Below are positions 1-9,417 of a DNA stretch of 49,421 bases, in pieces. How positions within the stretch are numbered: position 1 is the stretch's first letter; every line of letters starts with the position of its first letter. Origin of the DNA: Rhodocyclaceae bacterium UBA6160 (lineage in GTDB: Bacteria > Pseudomonadota > Gammaproteobacteria > Burkholderiales > Rhodocyclaceae); NCBI GenBank assembly GCA_002422995.1, contig DIUK01000096.1:1-49421 (forward strand), read 5' to 3'. A program made the position numbers and the translations under genes. Below the pieces are notes generated by a model. It searched no databases. It was not told the DNA's origin and saw only the letters and a list, made by a program, of their open reading frames with translations.

Positions 1-393
1 CATCAGGCCAAGTTTTCCATGGGCACCGTGCTGGCGCTGGTGGCGCAGTTTGGCTTTGCCGGCCTGACCGAGTTTGACCAGCATTTCAAGGATGCGGCGA
101 CAGCGGATTTTTGCCGCCGCGTGAGCATGAAGCTCGACGAAGAAGTGGACACCGCTTATCCGGTACGCTGGATCGGCAAGGTCACCGTGACCACCACGGA
201 TGGCCGCACATTCCACGGGCGCGTGGATGAACCCAAGGGCGACCCGGGCAACACCTTGTCGCGTGCCGAGCTGGAAGATAAAGCGCGGCGGCTGGCGGCC
301 TTTGCTGGCGGGGCAAATGGAGATGAAATCGAGCGCTTGATTCAATTTGCCTGGTCGCTTACTGAGAAAGTTTGCCTGGGGCGTTTGCTATGA
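1..393 (+). CDS. MmgE/PrpD family protein, C-terminal part (5' end outside the window)
   Basis: The frame is open from base 1 (HQAKFSMGTVL...). It has the GRVDEPKGDPGNTLSRAELEDK C-terminal motif typical of MmgE/PrpD proteins. The stop overlaps the next ATG (ATGA). Confidence 0.85.
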   Translation, partial: HQAKFSMGTVLALVAQFGFAGLTEFDQHFKDAATADFCRRVSMKLDEEVDTAYPVRWIGKVTVTTTDGRTFHGRVDEPKGDPGNTLSRAELEDKARRLAAFAGGANGDEIERLIQFAWSLTEKVCLGRLL

Positions 394-1250
394 CAAATAG
401 CACGCAATGCATTGATCTGCGTTCCTATTTATTCGTGCCCGGCAATCGGCCAGAGCGGTTTGCCAAGGCGCTGGACTCTGGTGCTGATGCAATCATCATT
501 GATCTGGAAGATGCCGTCGCCGCAGAAGAGAAAGCAGCTTCGCGCCGCCATATCGAAGCAGCGTTGGATCAAGGCCTTTTTAGAAGCAATGTGCCGTCGA
601 TTTATGTGCGCATTAATGCCGCAGATACTGAGTGGTTTATTGATGATTTAGCGCTGATAAAAGAAGCTCACATGCTTGGTGTGATGTTGCCAAAGGCTGA
701 GCACGCGGAGCAGGTAGCCCGCATTCATGAAATGACAGAAAAGCTTTGCTGCGTGATCCCTATCATTGAAACCGCGACAGGCTTGATCAATGCGCAAGCT
801 ATTGCCCAAGCCGATGGTGTGGAACGCTTAGCCTTCGGTTCGATTGATTTTCAGCTGGATCTGCAGTGCGATGGCAGCGAGACGGCTTTGCTGTATGCGC
901 GTTCGCAACTGGTGGTGGTCTCGCGCTGGGCAGGGCTGGCTGCACCGGTTGATGGCGTGACGGTCGCGCTGGATGATGCAGAACAGCTTACCCAGGATGC
1001 GCAACACGCCAAGTCGCTGGGTATGGGGGCTAAGCTGTGCATTCATCCACGCCAAGTAAGTATTGTTAATGCGATCTGGCAACCCACGCGCGATGAAATT
1101 ACCTGGGCAAAAAAAGTGATTTCGGCGTTAGCGCAGGTAGAAAGTGGTGGACAGTTGGGACAAAATGCGATGAAAGTAGACGGTATGATGATTGATCGGC
1201 CAGTTTTGTTAAAGGCTCAGCGCATACTGAATCAGCTGCGGATGGAATAG
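390..1250 (+). CDS. CitE-like CoA-ester lyase (HpcH/HpaI aldolase/citrate lyase family)
   Basis: Motifs RSYLFVPGNRPERF, IIDLEDAV, IIETA, LAFGSIDF, KLCIHPRQV and DGMMIDRP. The ATG at 390 overlaps the upstream TGA, so it is preferred to the TTG at 372. Confidence 0.9.
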   Translation: MTNSTQCIDLRSYLFVPGNRPERFAKALDSGADAIIIDLEDAVAAEEKAASRRHIEAALDQGLFRSNVPSIYVRINAADTEWFIDDLALIKEAHMLGVMLPKAEHAEQVARIHEMTEKLCCVIPIIETATGLINAQAIAQADGVERLAFGSIDFQLDLQCDGSETALLYARSQLVVVSRWAGLAAPVDGVTVALDDAEQLTQDAQHAKSLGMGAKLCIHPRQVSIVNAIWQPTRDEITWAKKVISALAQVESGGQLGQNAMKVDGMMIDRPVLLKAQRILNQLRME

Positions 1251-1315
1251 ATGTTTGTTTAGAAAAAAGTTGGTTAATAAAGTAGGCTAACAATTAAAAC
1301 TTTGGGGGAGAAAAA

Positions 1316-2401
1316 ATGAAACTGAACAGTCAGCCATTGCTGGGGATCATTGCTAGTGTTCTCGTTGTAAGCGCTTCATTAGGGATTTCAGTGGCGCTGT
1401 CGCCAGATGCTGTTCTGACTTGGGTTAGCCTGATTTTGGTAGCGATGGTGCCCATGCAGATGGTGATTGGCCTGGCTTGGCACAGCCAGCAACCGGCGTT
1501 TATCGCCGCTTTGCCACAGCCAATACGCGGCTTGGCGTTTATTGCCTTGATGTCATTGGTCGGAGGCATTATCGCTTTCATTGGCAACAGCACGGTCGGG
1601 GGCGGTATGCTGCCACCGACACCGTTTGTGAATATGTTCATGATTTTTGCTGTGCCAATAACCATCTCACTGATTATTGTTTTTCAATGCTGGCCATTTT
1701 CATTGATCTTCAAAGGCAAGCCTGTGGCCATGGGTTTTGCCTTAGTTATCTCCGCCTATAGCCTGGCCTGGCTTGTGTATCAATGGCTTTTTAATTTCAG
1801 TTTCCTTGAGCACGCGCCTTTTTATCAAGCAGCGCTTGACCCCAAAGGTTTGTTTCTCGCCTGGTTGCCTTTAGCGGCTGGTTTGAGCTGCGTAGTGGGT
1901 GTTTTGTGTCTGGTCTTGCTGGACTTTTGGCCAGTGCAATTGATTGTTAATGTTTTACCCGCGATGGCCAAGCAACCTGGGTTTGGATTACTTTCAGCCG
2001 TTTTCGTTGCGGTGATTGCAAAGGGTTTGTGGTGGTTTTTTGACGTGCCACAGGGTATGGATGTCGTGACTTTTCTTGTTCAGGTCAATGTCGCCATGGT
2101 TTTTGGCGTATTCATTGTGCTGGTGATGTTCGAAGGCGCACGTTTTATTGCGTTGCCGCAACCCTTTCGCGGTTTGGTTTTGATTGCCGTTGCCGCTGGT
2201 TTGGCTTATGCATTGCACAGCTTGTACCGTATGGTCGCAATTCAGCAATTTGGCTTGCCGAGCGGTGCACCCACCTATGCGTTAGAACTTTGGCTTGCAA
2301 CGAGCATGCTGGCGATTACTTTCCCGCTGATGGTTGCATTTGCAAGTTTCTTTGATTTTTGGCCATTGCGCGCCAATGTTGCAAGTCAAGGCAAGAATTG
2401 A
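1316..2401 (+). CDS. Multi-pass membrane protein, putative transporter
   Basis: 361 aa, very hydrophobic with about 10 TM segments. Internal repeat LPQPIRGL / LPQPFRGL and recurring FxxWP motifs. GGGGAG RBS upstream. Confidence 0.75.
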   Translation: MKLNSQPLLGIIASVLVVSASLGISVALSPDAVLTWVSLILVAMVPMQMVIGLAWHSQQPAFIAALPQPIRGLAFIALMSLVGGIIAFIGNSTVGGGMLPPTPFVNMFMIFAVPITISLIIVFQCWPFSLIFKGKPVAMGFALVISAYSLAWLVYQWLFNFSFLEHAPFYQAALDPKGLFLAWLPLAAGLSCVVGVLCLVLLDFWPVQLIVNVLPAMAKQPGFGLLSAVFVAVIAKGLWWFFDVPQGMDVVTFLVQVNVAMVFGVFIVLVMFEGARFIALPQPFRGLVLIAVAAGLAYALHSLYRMVAIQQFGLPSGAPTYALELWLATSMLAITFPLMVAFASFFDFWPLRANVASQGKN

Positions 2402-2509
2402 TCTGAAGCATTTTGTTGCCACTGCTTTAAGTTGGCGCTTTTGAAAGTGGTAAATCAATAAAAACAGGTAGTTTACAGGCCCGTATCGTCGCGTGATTAT
2501 GGCGATTCG

Positions 2510-2518
2510 TGCTATGCT
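2510..2518 (+). promoter_or_regulatory. Possible extended -10 promoter element (TGcTATGCT) for the polysaccharide export operon
   Basis: Matches TGnTAnnnT about 55 nt upstream of the ATG at 2571. Motif match only. Confidence 0.25.
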
Positions 2519-2570
2519 AACTGCTTAATTTGGTCTAAATTTTGATTTCTTGGTCTTTAGGGGATGGATA

Positions 2571-3215
2571 ATGCTAAAAGAAAACATGGCGTTCGGTTTG
2601 GGGGCGCGTTACTTGTGTAATTTATTGAAAGTGCTAGCTATTGCATCAATACTTAGCGGGTGCGCAATGAATGGCGAGTTTGCACCTGCGCCTGCAACAG
2701 CTGCAAATAGTGAGTACAACTATCACATTGGCCCAGGCGATACGGTAAATATTGTCGTTTGGCGCAATCCTGAACTGTCGATGTCAGTTCCTGTGCGCCC
2801 GGATGGGAAGCTTGCTTCGCCACTGATTGAAGACTTGCCTGCCTTGGGTAAAGACCCTACTACCCTGGCTCGTGATATTGAAAAAGCACTGGCTAAGTTT
2901 ATTCGCGATCCCGTGGTGACAGTGATTGTTACTCAGTTTGTTGGTCCTTATAGCGAGCAAATACGCGTAGTAGGGGAGGCGGCTAAACCACAAGTTCTGC
3001 CTTACAAGCAAAAAATGACGCTCTTGGATGTCATGATTGCTGTGGGCGGTGTGACAGATTTTGCTGATGGCAATGGGGCGACGATTTTACGATCCGCTGA
3101 AGGTAACAAGCAGTACAGTGTGCGCCTTAAGGACCTGATAAAGCGTGGAGACATTTCTGCCAACGTTGAGATGAAACCAGGCGATGTTTTGATTGTTCCT
3201 CGCAGCTGGTTCTAA
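2571..3215 (+). CDS. Polysaccharide export lipoprotein (OPX/Wza-like), XrtA/PEP-CTERM system-associated
   Basis: Lipobox ILSGC, PES motif YHIGPGDTVNIVVWRNPELSMSVPVRPDG, SLBB domain, C-terminus MKPGDVLIVPRSWF. GGGGATGG RBS before the ATG at 2571. Confidence 0.92.
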   Translation: MLKENMAFGLGARYLCNLLKVLAIASILSGCAMNGEFAPAPATAANSEYNYHIGPGDTVNIVVWRNPELSMSVPVRPDGKLASPLIEDLPALGKDPTTLARDIEKALAKFIRDPVVTVIVTQFVGPYSEQIRVVGEAAKPQVLPYKQKMTLLDVMIAVGGVTDFADGNGATILRSAEGNKQYSVRLKDLIKRGDISANVEMKPGDVLIVPRSWF

Positions 3216-3236
3216 TTCGGCACAAAGGACTTTTGA

Positions 3237-4778
3237 ATAGATGAGGTAGTTCGGCAAATACACCTTGCCTTACGGGGTATGTGGTTGCACCGTTGGCTTG
3301 GTGTGGCTGTAGCATGGGTCGTCGGTATCGTCGCTGGCCTGGCTATTTTTATGACACCAGATAAATATGGCGCCTCTGCACGTATTTATGTGGATACTGA
3401 TTCTGTGTTGAGGCCGCTTTTGGCTGGCTTGGTTGTGCAGGGGAATACTGAGCAAAAAATTGCCATATTAAGCAGGACGTTGATCAGTCGTCCGAATGTA
3501 GAGAAGCTTGTTCGAATGGCTGATTTGGATTTAGGATTGAAGTCTCCTAAGGAAAAAGAAGCGTTGATAGACCATGTGATTGATACCGTGAAAATCAAAA
3601 GCATCGGGCGTGATAATCTTTATTTAATCGAGTATCAAGATGCTGTTCCCGAAACGGCGCGTAAAGTGGTTAGTTCCTTGACTACCATATTTGTTGAATC
3701 AGGCTTAGGCGGAAATCAGAACGACTCGGATTCAGCGCGCAAGTTTATTGAAGATCAAATCAAGGTGTATCAAAAAAAGCTCGAAGAAGCCGAGAGTCGC
3801 CTGAAGCAATTTAGGCTTGAAAACCTTGAGGCTCAACTAGATAGTGAAAAAGATGGTGGCGGTCGGCTAAATGATTTAAATGCGCAATTGAACCAGGCAC
3901 GGCTTGAATTGCGCGAAGCTGAAAATGCGAAGGCGTCCTTGAGGCGGCAAATTCTTGGTTCAGGCGAGTCAAGTGGGGAGGGGATTATTGCTGTACCGGA
4001 GATTGATAACCGGATTGATGCAATGAAGCAGGGTTTGGATGTTTTACTGCAAAGGTTTACTGACGATCATCCTGATGTGAGGGGTGCTCGGCGTGTCATT
4101 AAAGAGCTTGAGGAGCAAAAGCGTCGAGAAATAGAGTCAAGAAGGAAGCAGGCAGCAGGGAATGCTTCCTCTTTAGTGAATAGTGATTCGGTTTCGCCGC
4201 AGCTTAAGGCGGCTTTGGTTGCAGTGGAATCTCAAATTGCATCTCTCAGGGCGCGTGTTGCTGAATATGAATCGCGATACGCTAGGACTGTCGGCAGCGT
4301 TAAGCGTTTGCCGGAAATAGAAAGTCAGTATGCGCAGTTGAATCGTGACTACGGAACGATCAAGAAAAATTATGATGACCTTGTCCAGCGGCGTGAGTCT
4401 GTGGCCATTTCTGAGGGGATGTCAACGGTATCGAGTGTGGCTGAATTTAGGTTGATTGATCCGCCAAGGGTATCACCGAGGCCGGTTGCGCCAAATCGGT
4501 CTGTCCTTTTGCCCTTAGCGTTTTTGGCGGCTTTGGTGGCAGGGTTCTTAACGAGTTTTCTGGCTTATCAGGTACGCCCCACATTTTCTGATGCTAGAAC
4601 TTTGCGTGAGATCACTGGTTTGCCTCTATTGGGTTCTGTGTCAAGCTTCCCATCAATGACTGAAAAACTGAAAGCGCGAAAAGAGAAGGTAAGACTCTAT
4701 GGGGGTGTAGGCTCTCTCGCGCTGGTCTATATAGTTGCTATCCTTATGTCATTAATCATGGTTTCGCGGGCGGTCTGA
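3237..4778 (+). CDS. Polysaccharide chain-length determinant (Wzc/PCP periplasmic component), XrtA system
   Basis: Two flanking TM regions, ASARIYVDTDSVLRPLL, coiled coils, FTDDHPDV and FRLIDPP...PVAPNR. The first ATG is at 3279, but the frame extends to an ATA at 3237 behind an AAAGGA RBS (see findings). Confidence 0.9.
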   Translation: MDEVVRQIHLALRGMWLHRWLGVAVAWVVGIVAGLAIFMTPDKYGASARIYVDTDSVLRPLLAGLVVQGNTEQKIAILSRTLISRPNVEKLVRMADLDLGLKSPKEKEALIDHVIDTVKIKSIGRDNLYLIEYQDAVPETARKVVSSLTTIFVESGLGGNQNDSDSARKFIEDQIKVYQKKLEEAESRLKQFRLENLEAQLDSEKDGGGRLNDLNAQLNQARLELREAENAKASLRRQILGSGESSGEGIIAVPEIDNRIDAMKQGLDVLLQRFTDDHPDVRGARRVIKELEEQKRREIESRRKQAAGNASSLVNSDSVSPQLKAALVAVESQIASLRARVAEYESRYARTVGSVKRLPEIESQYAQLNRDYGTIKKNYDDLVQRRESVAISEGMSTVSSVAEFRLIDPPRVSPRPVAPNRSVLLPLAFLAALVAGFLTSFLAYQVRPTFSDARTLREITGLPLLGSVSSFPSMTEKLKARKEKVRLYGGVGSLALVYIVAILMSLIMVSRAV

Positions 4779-4779
4779 T

Positions 4780-5763
4780 ATGGATATTATTGAACAGGCG
4801 GCCAAGCGACTGGCGGAGCTGCGAAATTCAGGCGTTGAAACGCCTTCTGGATCTTTTGATGAGCGGATTGATCAGCCATTAGATAAGATTGATCAACCAC
4901 ATGCGGTAGATCCCAGTGCTTCAGATACCGAAAAAGTTGAGGCTGCTACTGTTAAGTCGACCCCAGAGCGTGATATTGCAAGGCGAGTTGATGTTGAGTT
5001 GGATATGGTTTCGCTTGCAAGCCGTGGAATCATTACGCCTGAATCCGCACGCTCACAATTGGGTGCTGAGTTGCGTATTCTCAAACGTCCTTTGTTGCGC
5101 AATGTCTTAGGAAAAAATGCGTCCAGGATCAAAGATGCAAATTTGATTATGGTTACGAGCGCCGTGCCAGGGGAGGGAAAGTCTTATTTGGCTGCAAACT
5201 TGGCAATGAGTATCGCCATGGAGCTGGATCATACCGTTTTGCTTGTTGATGCCGACGTTGAGAGACCTTCCTTACCCAAGGTGTTTGGGTTTGATCATGG
5301 AAAAGGTTTGCTTGATGTGCTGCTTGATTCACAGTTGGATTTAAGCCAAGTGATGCTCAAAACTAGTGTTAATGGGCTTTCTGTGCTGCGTGCTGGTACG
5401 CCTCATCCCCGCGCAACGGAATTGTTAGCAAGCAGTGCAATGAATAAGCTGCTCTCCGAAATGGTTCAGCGCTATCCAGACCGAATTATTATTTTTGACT
5501 CCCCGCCGTTGTTGGTAACGACAGAGGCTAGGGTGCTTGCGGGACATATGGGGCAAGTTTTGCTTGTTGTTAAGGCTGATAGTACTAGCTATGCCGAAGT
5601 CAAGCATGCCGTAGCGGCACTTGAGGTATGTCCTGTCAAAATGGTTGTGTTAAATCAAACCGCTGGACATTTTGATGGTCATGGTTACGGGTATGGTTAT
5701 GGTTATGGTCAAGAGCCGCAAGCAGAAGATAAGGATAGGTATCAAGAAGGGCTTCAAGGATGA
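4780..5763 (+). CDS. XrtA-associated tyrosine autokinase (BY-kinase cytoplasmic domain)
   Basis: Walker A SAVPGEGKS, A' VLLVDAD, Walker B IIIFDSPP and a C-terminal tyrosine cluster GYGYGYGYG. Confidence 0.92.
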   Translation: MDIIEQAAKRLAELRNSGVETPSGSFDERIDQPLDKIDQPHAVDPSASDTEKVEAATVKSTPERDIARRVDVELDMVSLASRGIITPESARSQLGAELRILKRPLLRNVLGKNASRIKDANLIMVTSAVPGEGKSYLAANLAMSIAMELDHTVLLVDADVERPSLPKVFGFDHGKGLLDVLLDSQLDLSQVMLKTSVNGLSVLRAGTPHPRATELLASSAMNKLLSEMVQRYPDRIIIFDSPPLLVTTEARVLAGHMGQVLLVVKADSTSYAEVKHAVAALEVCPVKMVVLNQTAGHFDGHGYGYGYGYGQEPQAEDKDRYQEGLQG

Positions 5764-7415
5764 TGCTCGTTAGGGATAACCATTTATCTTTTTGTCAGAA
5801 GTGTTGTCTATTCGTGTTCTTATCAGATTTTAGGCAACGCATAGCCAATAGCGCTCTGAGCGTAACGTGCAAGGTTTTTTTTGCCTCGTTTTGCATGGTT
5901 GGTTTTGCACAAGCGCAGGAAGCAGAATCTTCTGGCGGAACTAGCGCTATGGCTGCGTCCAATGGTCCTGCATGGCAGATTATTCCGTCGGTTTCCTCTG
6001 ACTTTACCTATACGGACAACGTCGCTTTAGTGAAAAATAACAAACAGAGCGACTTTGTAACCAGATTGAGCCCAGGGATAGAGATTCATGGAAAGGGTGG
6101 ACGCGTCAAAGGTAATTTGAAATACCAGTGGCAACAATATTTTTATGCAAAAGACAGTGACAGAAATGGTCAGCAGCGTGCCCTTAATGCCGATGGACAG
6201 GTCGAGCTTATTGATCAGTGGTTATATTTAGATGGTAGGGGTTCAATCTCGCAGCAGGCTATTTCAGCCTTTGGAACCCAAAGCGCAAATAACGACTCTG
6301 TCAATGTCAATCGGACAGAAACCTCAACGTATCAATGGTCTCCTTATATTCAAGGGCGATTGGCTGGTTTTGCGGATTATCTTTTACGCTATACCGGATC
6401 GAAGACAAAGTCAGGTGAAGGCGAGCTATCCGTAGGTTCAGGTACAACGTCTGAATCTTGGAGCGGTCGTTTGTCAGGTGATACTGGCATAGCGAAACTT
6501 GGCTGGTCGTTTGATGCTCAACAGCAAAAAAATTCCCGTGAAACCTCACGTGATACCCAATCTAAACGCTTTACGGGTTCGCTGGAATTTCGAATCACGC
6601 CCCAGTTACGCCTGCGTGCTACAGTCGGTCGAGAGTCAGATGACTACAGTGCGGTGCAAGAAACATGGCGGTCAGTTAGGGGCTTTGGCGGAGACTGGGC
6701 GCCGACAGAGCGTACGTCGGTTACTTTAAACAAGGAAAGGCGTTCCTTCGGTGATAGCTATAACGCAGATTTCACCCATCGCACTGCACTGACTGCATGG
6801 AAGCTTTCACAAAGCAAAAATATAAATACGCCCAGTGATCAGCTGATAAATACCGCTTTGGGGTCAGCATTTGATTTGTTGAATTTGCAGCTGACAAGCG
6901 CTTTCCCTGACCCCATCGAACGAGCTCAACAAGCAAGTTTGGCCTTGATGCGAGCAGGTATACCTGCCAATGCGCAGGCTTTTGGTACGATTGTTACTTC
7001 AAGAGTTTACCTGGCGCGTCGTCGTGAAGCATCATTTATGATCACTGGTGCTAGAAATACAGTAACGTTTGCTTATGACAAGAGTGATAACCAACAAATC
7101 GGTAACAGCGGTACTTTTGGTGATGACTTTGATTTAAGTTCAAATATCCGCCAGTCTGGCTTCACGGCAAGTTGGGCACATAAGCTTACGCCAGATAGTG
7201 CGGTTACTCTTAATGGTCGCCGTTCCCGAAATAAAGGAGATACAGCAAATTTAGATACTCAGTTGAGCTCATTGTCGCTTTTATTAACCACCCGGCTCGG
7301 GGCAAAGACGTCGGCAACCGTTGGTGTCAGGCGGACGAGCTCTGATTCAGATAGCCCGACAGCAAATAGTTATGACGAGCAGGCTGTAACTGGGTCTCTG
7401 TCCATGACCTTTTAA
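5760..7415 (+). CDS. PEP-CTERM system-associated outer-membrane beta-barrel protein (TIGR03016-like)
   Basis: Signal peptide ending GFAQA-QE, IIPSVSSDFTYTDNV start of the barrel, amphipathic strands and terminal Phe (LSMTF). Sits in the canonical position between kinase and ATPase. Start uncertain. Confidence 0.85.
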   Translation: MMLVRDNHLSFCQKCCLFVFLSDFRQRIANSALSVTCKVFFASFCMVGFAQAQEAESSGGTSAMAASNGPAWQIIPSVSSDFTYTDNVALVKNNKQSDFVTRLSPGIEIHGKGGRVKGNLKYQWQQYFYAKDSDRNGQQRALNADGQVELIDQWLYLDGRGSISQQAISAFGTQSANNDSVNVNRTETSTYQWSPYIQGRLAGFADYLLRYTGSKTKSGEGELSVGSGTTSESWSGRLSGDTGIAKLGWSFDAQQQKNSRETSRDTQSKRFTGSLEFRITPQLRLRATVGRESDDYSAVQETWRSVRGFGGDWAPTERTSVTLNKERRSFGDSYNADFTHRTALTAWKLSQSKNINTPSDQLINTALGSAFDLLNLQLTSAFPDPIERAQQASLALMRAGIPANAQAFGTIVTSRVYLARRREASFMITGARNTVTFAYDKSDNQQIGNSGTFGDDFDLSSNIRQSGFTASWAHKLTPDSAVTLNGRRSRNKGDTANLDTQLSSLSLLLTTRLGAKTSATVGVRRTSSDSDSPTANSYDEQAVTGSLSMTF

Positions 7416-7429
7416 GGCGTCATTCAATT

Positions 7430-8590
7430 ATGTATGAAGCCTACTATGGGCTGAAGATAAAGCCTTTTCAGCTTAATCCGGACCCCACATTTTATTTTGA
7501 CAGTACGCAACACCGACGAGCGAAGGCTTATCTGGAATATGGGATCCATCAAAATGAAGGATTCATTGTTGTTACAGGTGAAATTGGCGCTGGTAAAACA
7601 ACGATAGTTCGTGGTTTGTTGGCCGCACTTGATCAAAATAAAGTGATTGCAGCCCAGTTGGTGAGTACCCAGCTGGACGCAGATGACATGTTGCGCATGG
7701 TGGCGGCAGCTTTTGGTATAAGAAGTAACAGCCATGCAAAAGCCGATATGTTGTTAGCGCTAGAGGCTTTTTTGGTTGATACCGCTCGCCAGGGAAAGCG
7801 TTGCTTATTAGTAGTAGATGAAGCGCAGAATCTAACGCAGCGTGCTGTTGAAGAGTTGCGGATGTTGTCCAATTTTCAATTTGAATCACATGCGCTTTTA
7901 CAAAGCTTTTTGGTAGGTCAGCCCGAGTTTCGCGCAATATTGCTTAGCCCGCAAATGGAACAATTACGGCAGCGTGTTATCGCAGCGTGTCATATAGGGC
8001 CGCTAAATGTCAGTGAAACGCAGGAATATATTCAGCATCGGCTCAAGTGTGCAGGGTCGACGGGTGATCCCCAGTTTGATGATGCAGCCTATGGTGCTGT
8101 ACATCGCGCTAGCGCAGGGATTCCACGGCGTATCAATGCAATCTGCGATCGCTTGTTATTGGCGGGATTTTTAACAGATAAAAAAGTCTTCAACAAAGAA
8201 GATGTTGATGAAATTGCCGCAGAAATTACTGACAGTGCTTTTATGCCCGGCGCGACCACTGCAGCCAACAGCGTAAATGCTGGAGTACTTAATGCGCCGA
8301 GTGCTTTTGCTGAAGACTTTTCTGCGGTTGATTTTGGAGAGTTGGCAATAGATGCATCGGTGGCAGCAGAGACCGATCGAATGCTAAATGACATGAACAA
8401 GCGTCGGGTTGTTGACCGTTTGGTTCGCTTGGAGCGGAGTTTGCTACGGTTAGAACAAAGTAATTCACTTATTTTGCGCACCCTCCAAAAGTTGATTGAG
8501 AAAATCCGGATTGGTAATGGTCATAGTGGCAGTGCAAGCCGCGATAAAGGCAGCGAAAAGTCGCATGTGGAAAGTGATGGGGAATCATGA
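7430..8590 (+). CDS. XrtA/PEP-CTERM system-associated AAA ATPase (ExeA-like)
   Basis: MYEAYYGL..PFQLNPDP N-terminus, Walker A GEIGAGKTT, Walker B VVDEAQNL and GIPRRIN. Confidence 0.92.
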   Translation: MYEAYYGLKIKPFQLNPDPTFYFDSTQHRRAKAYLEYGIHQNEGFIVVTGEIGAGKTTIVRGLLAALDQNKVIAAQLVSTQLDADDMLRMVAAAFGIRSNSHAKADMLLALEAFLVDTARQGKRCLLVVDEAQNLTQRAVEELRMLSNFQFESHALLQSFLVGQPEFRAILLSPQMEQLRQRVIAACHIGPLNVSETQEYIQHRLKCAGSTGDPQFDDAAYGAVHRASAGIPRRINAICDRLLLAGFLTDKKVFNKEDVDEIAAEITDSAFMPGATTAANSVNAGVLNAPSAFAEDFSAVDFGELAIDASVAAETDRMLNDMNKRRVVDRLVRLERSLLRLEQSNSLILRTLQKLIEKIRIGNGHSGSASRDKGSEKSHVESDGES

Positions 8591-9417
8591 TCAATAATGC
8601 ACTCACAATCGACGTGGAAGACTATTTTCAAGTCTCTGCATTTGCATCGCATATTGACCGTGCTACGTGGGATGCATGTGAGTGCCGAGTTGCTCGGAAT
8701 GTCGAACGTATTTTGAAGATACTCGACGAGCATAACGTGAAAGCAACATTTTTTACGCTGGGCTGGGTTGCCGAGCGCTATCCAGACGTTGTTCGCTTAA
8801 TTGTTGCAGATGGACATGAGCTAGCGAGTCATGGCTATGGACATCAGCGCGTGAGTGATTTGAATGCACAGCAATTTTCTGCAGATATTATTCGTGCCAA
8901 ATCTATTTTAGAAGACATCAGTGGCGTACAAGTCATTGGCTACCGAGCGCCTAGTTTTTCTATCGGGGCGAAAAATCGGGTTTGGGCTTTTGAATGTTTG
9001 GCAGAAGCAGGTTATCGATATAGTTCAAGTGTCTATCCTGTAAAACACGATCACTATGGCATGCCTGATGCGCCTAGATTTGCCCATGAAGCACACCCAT
9101 CTCTCATGGAGGTGCCACCAACCACAGTGCGTGCTTTTGCGCGTAATTGGCCGGCGAGTGGTGTAGGTTATTTCAGGTTAATGCCCTATGCGTTGTCACG
9201 GCAGTTAATCTCGCGGGTAAATCAAGTCGATGGTCAAGCGGCGGTGTTTTATTTTCACCCATGGGAGCTGGATAAAGAACAACCACGCATAGCAGGTATT
9301 AGTGCCAAGACAAAATTTCGCCATTACGTCAACATTTCCCGAATGGAAAACAGGCTTAAAAGACTGTTGAATGATTTTCAATGGGGGCGTATGGATCATA
9401 TTTTCCTGCCCTCATGA
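8587..9417 (+). CDS. XrtA system polysaccharide deacetylase (DUF3473-containing)
   Basis: NALTIDVEDYFQV, HELASHGYGH, GYRAPSFSI and FYFHPWELD motifs. Confidence 0.92.
   Translation: MINNALTIDVEDYFQVSAFASHIDRATWDACECRVARNVERILKILDEHNVKATFFTLGWVAERYPDVVRLIVADGHELASHGYGHQRVSDLNAQQFSADIIRAKSILEDISGVQVIGYRAPSFSIGAKNRVWAFECLAEAGYRYSSSVYPVKHDHYGMPDAPRFAHEAHPSLMEVPPTTVRAFARNWPASGVGYFRLMPYALSRQLISRVNQVDGQAAVFYFHPWELDKEQPRIAGISAKTKFRHYVNISRMENRLKRLLNDFQWGRMDHIFLPS

Noticed and set aside
2418-2451. Possible terminator after the membrane protein gene
   Set aside because: Only a weak, interrupted stem (CCACT…AGTGG) with no U-tract.
5678-5710. GGTTAT-type short tandem repeat as a phase-variation tract
   Set aside because: It is the degenerate in-frame coding of the normal BY-kinase tyrosine cluster.
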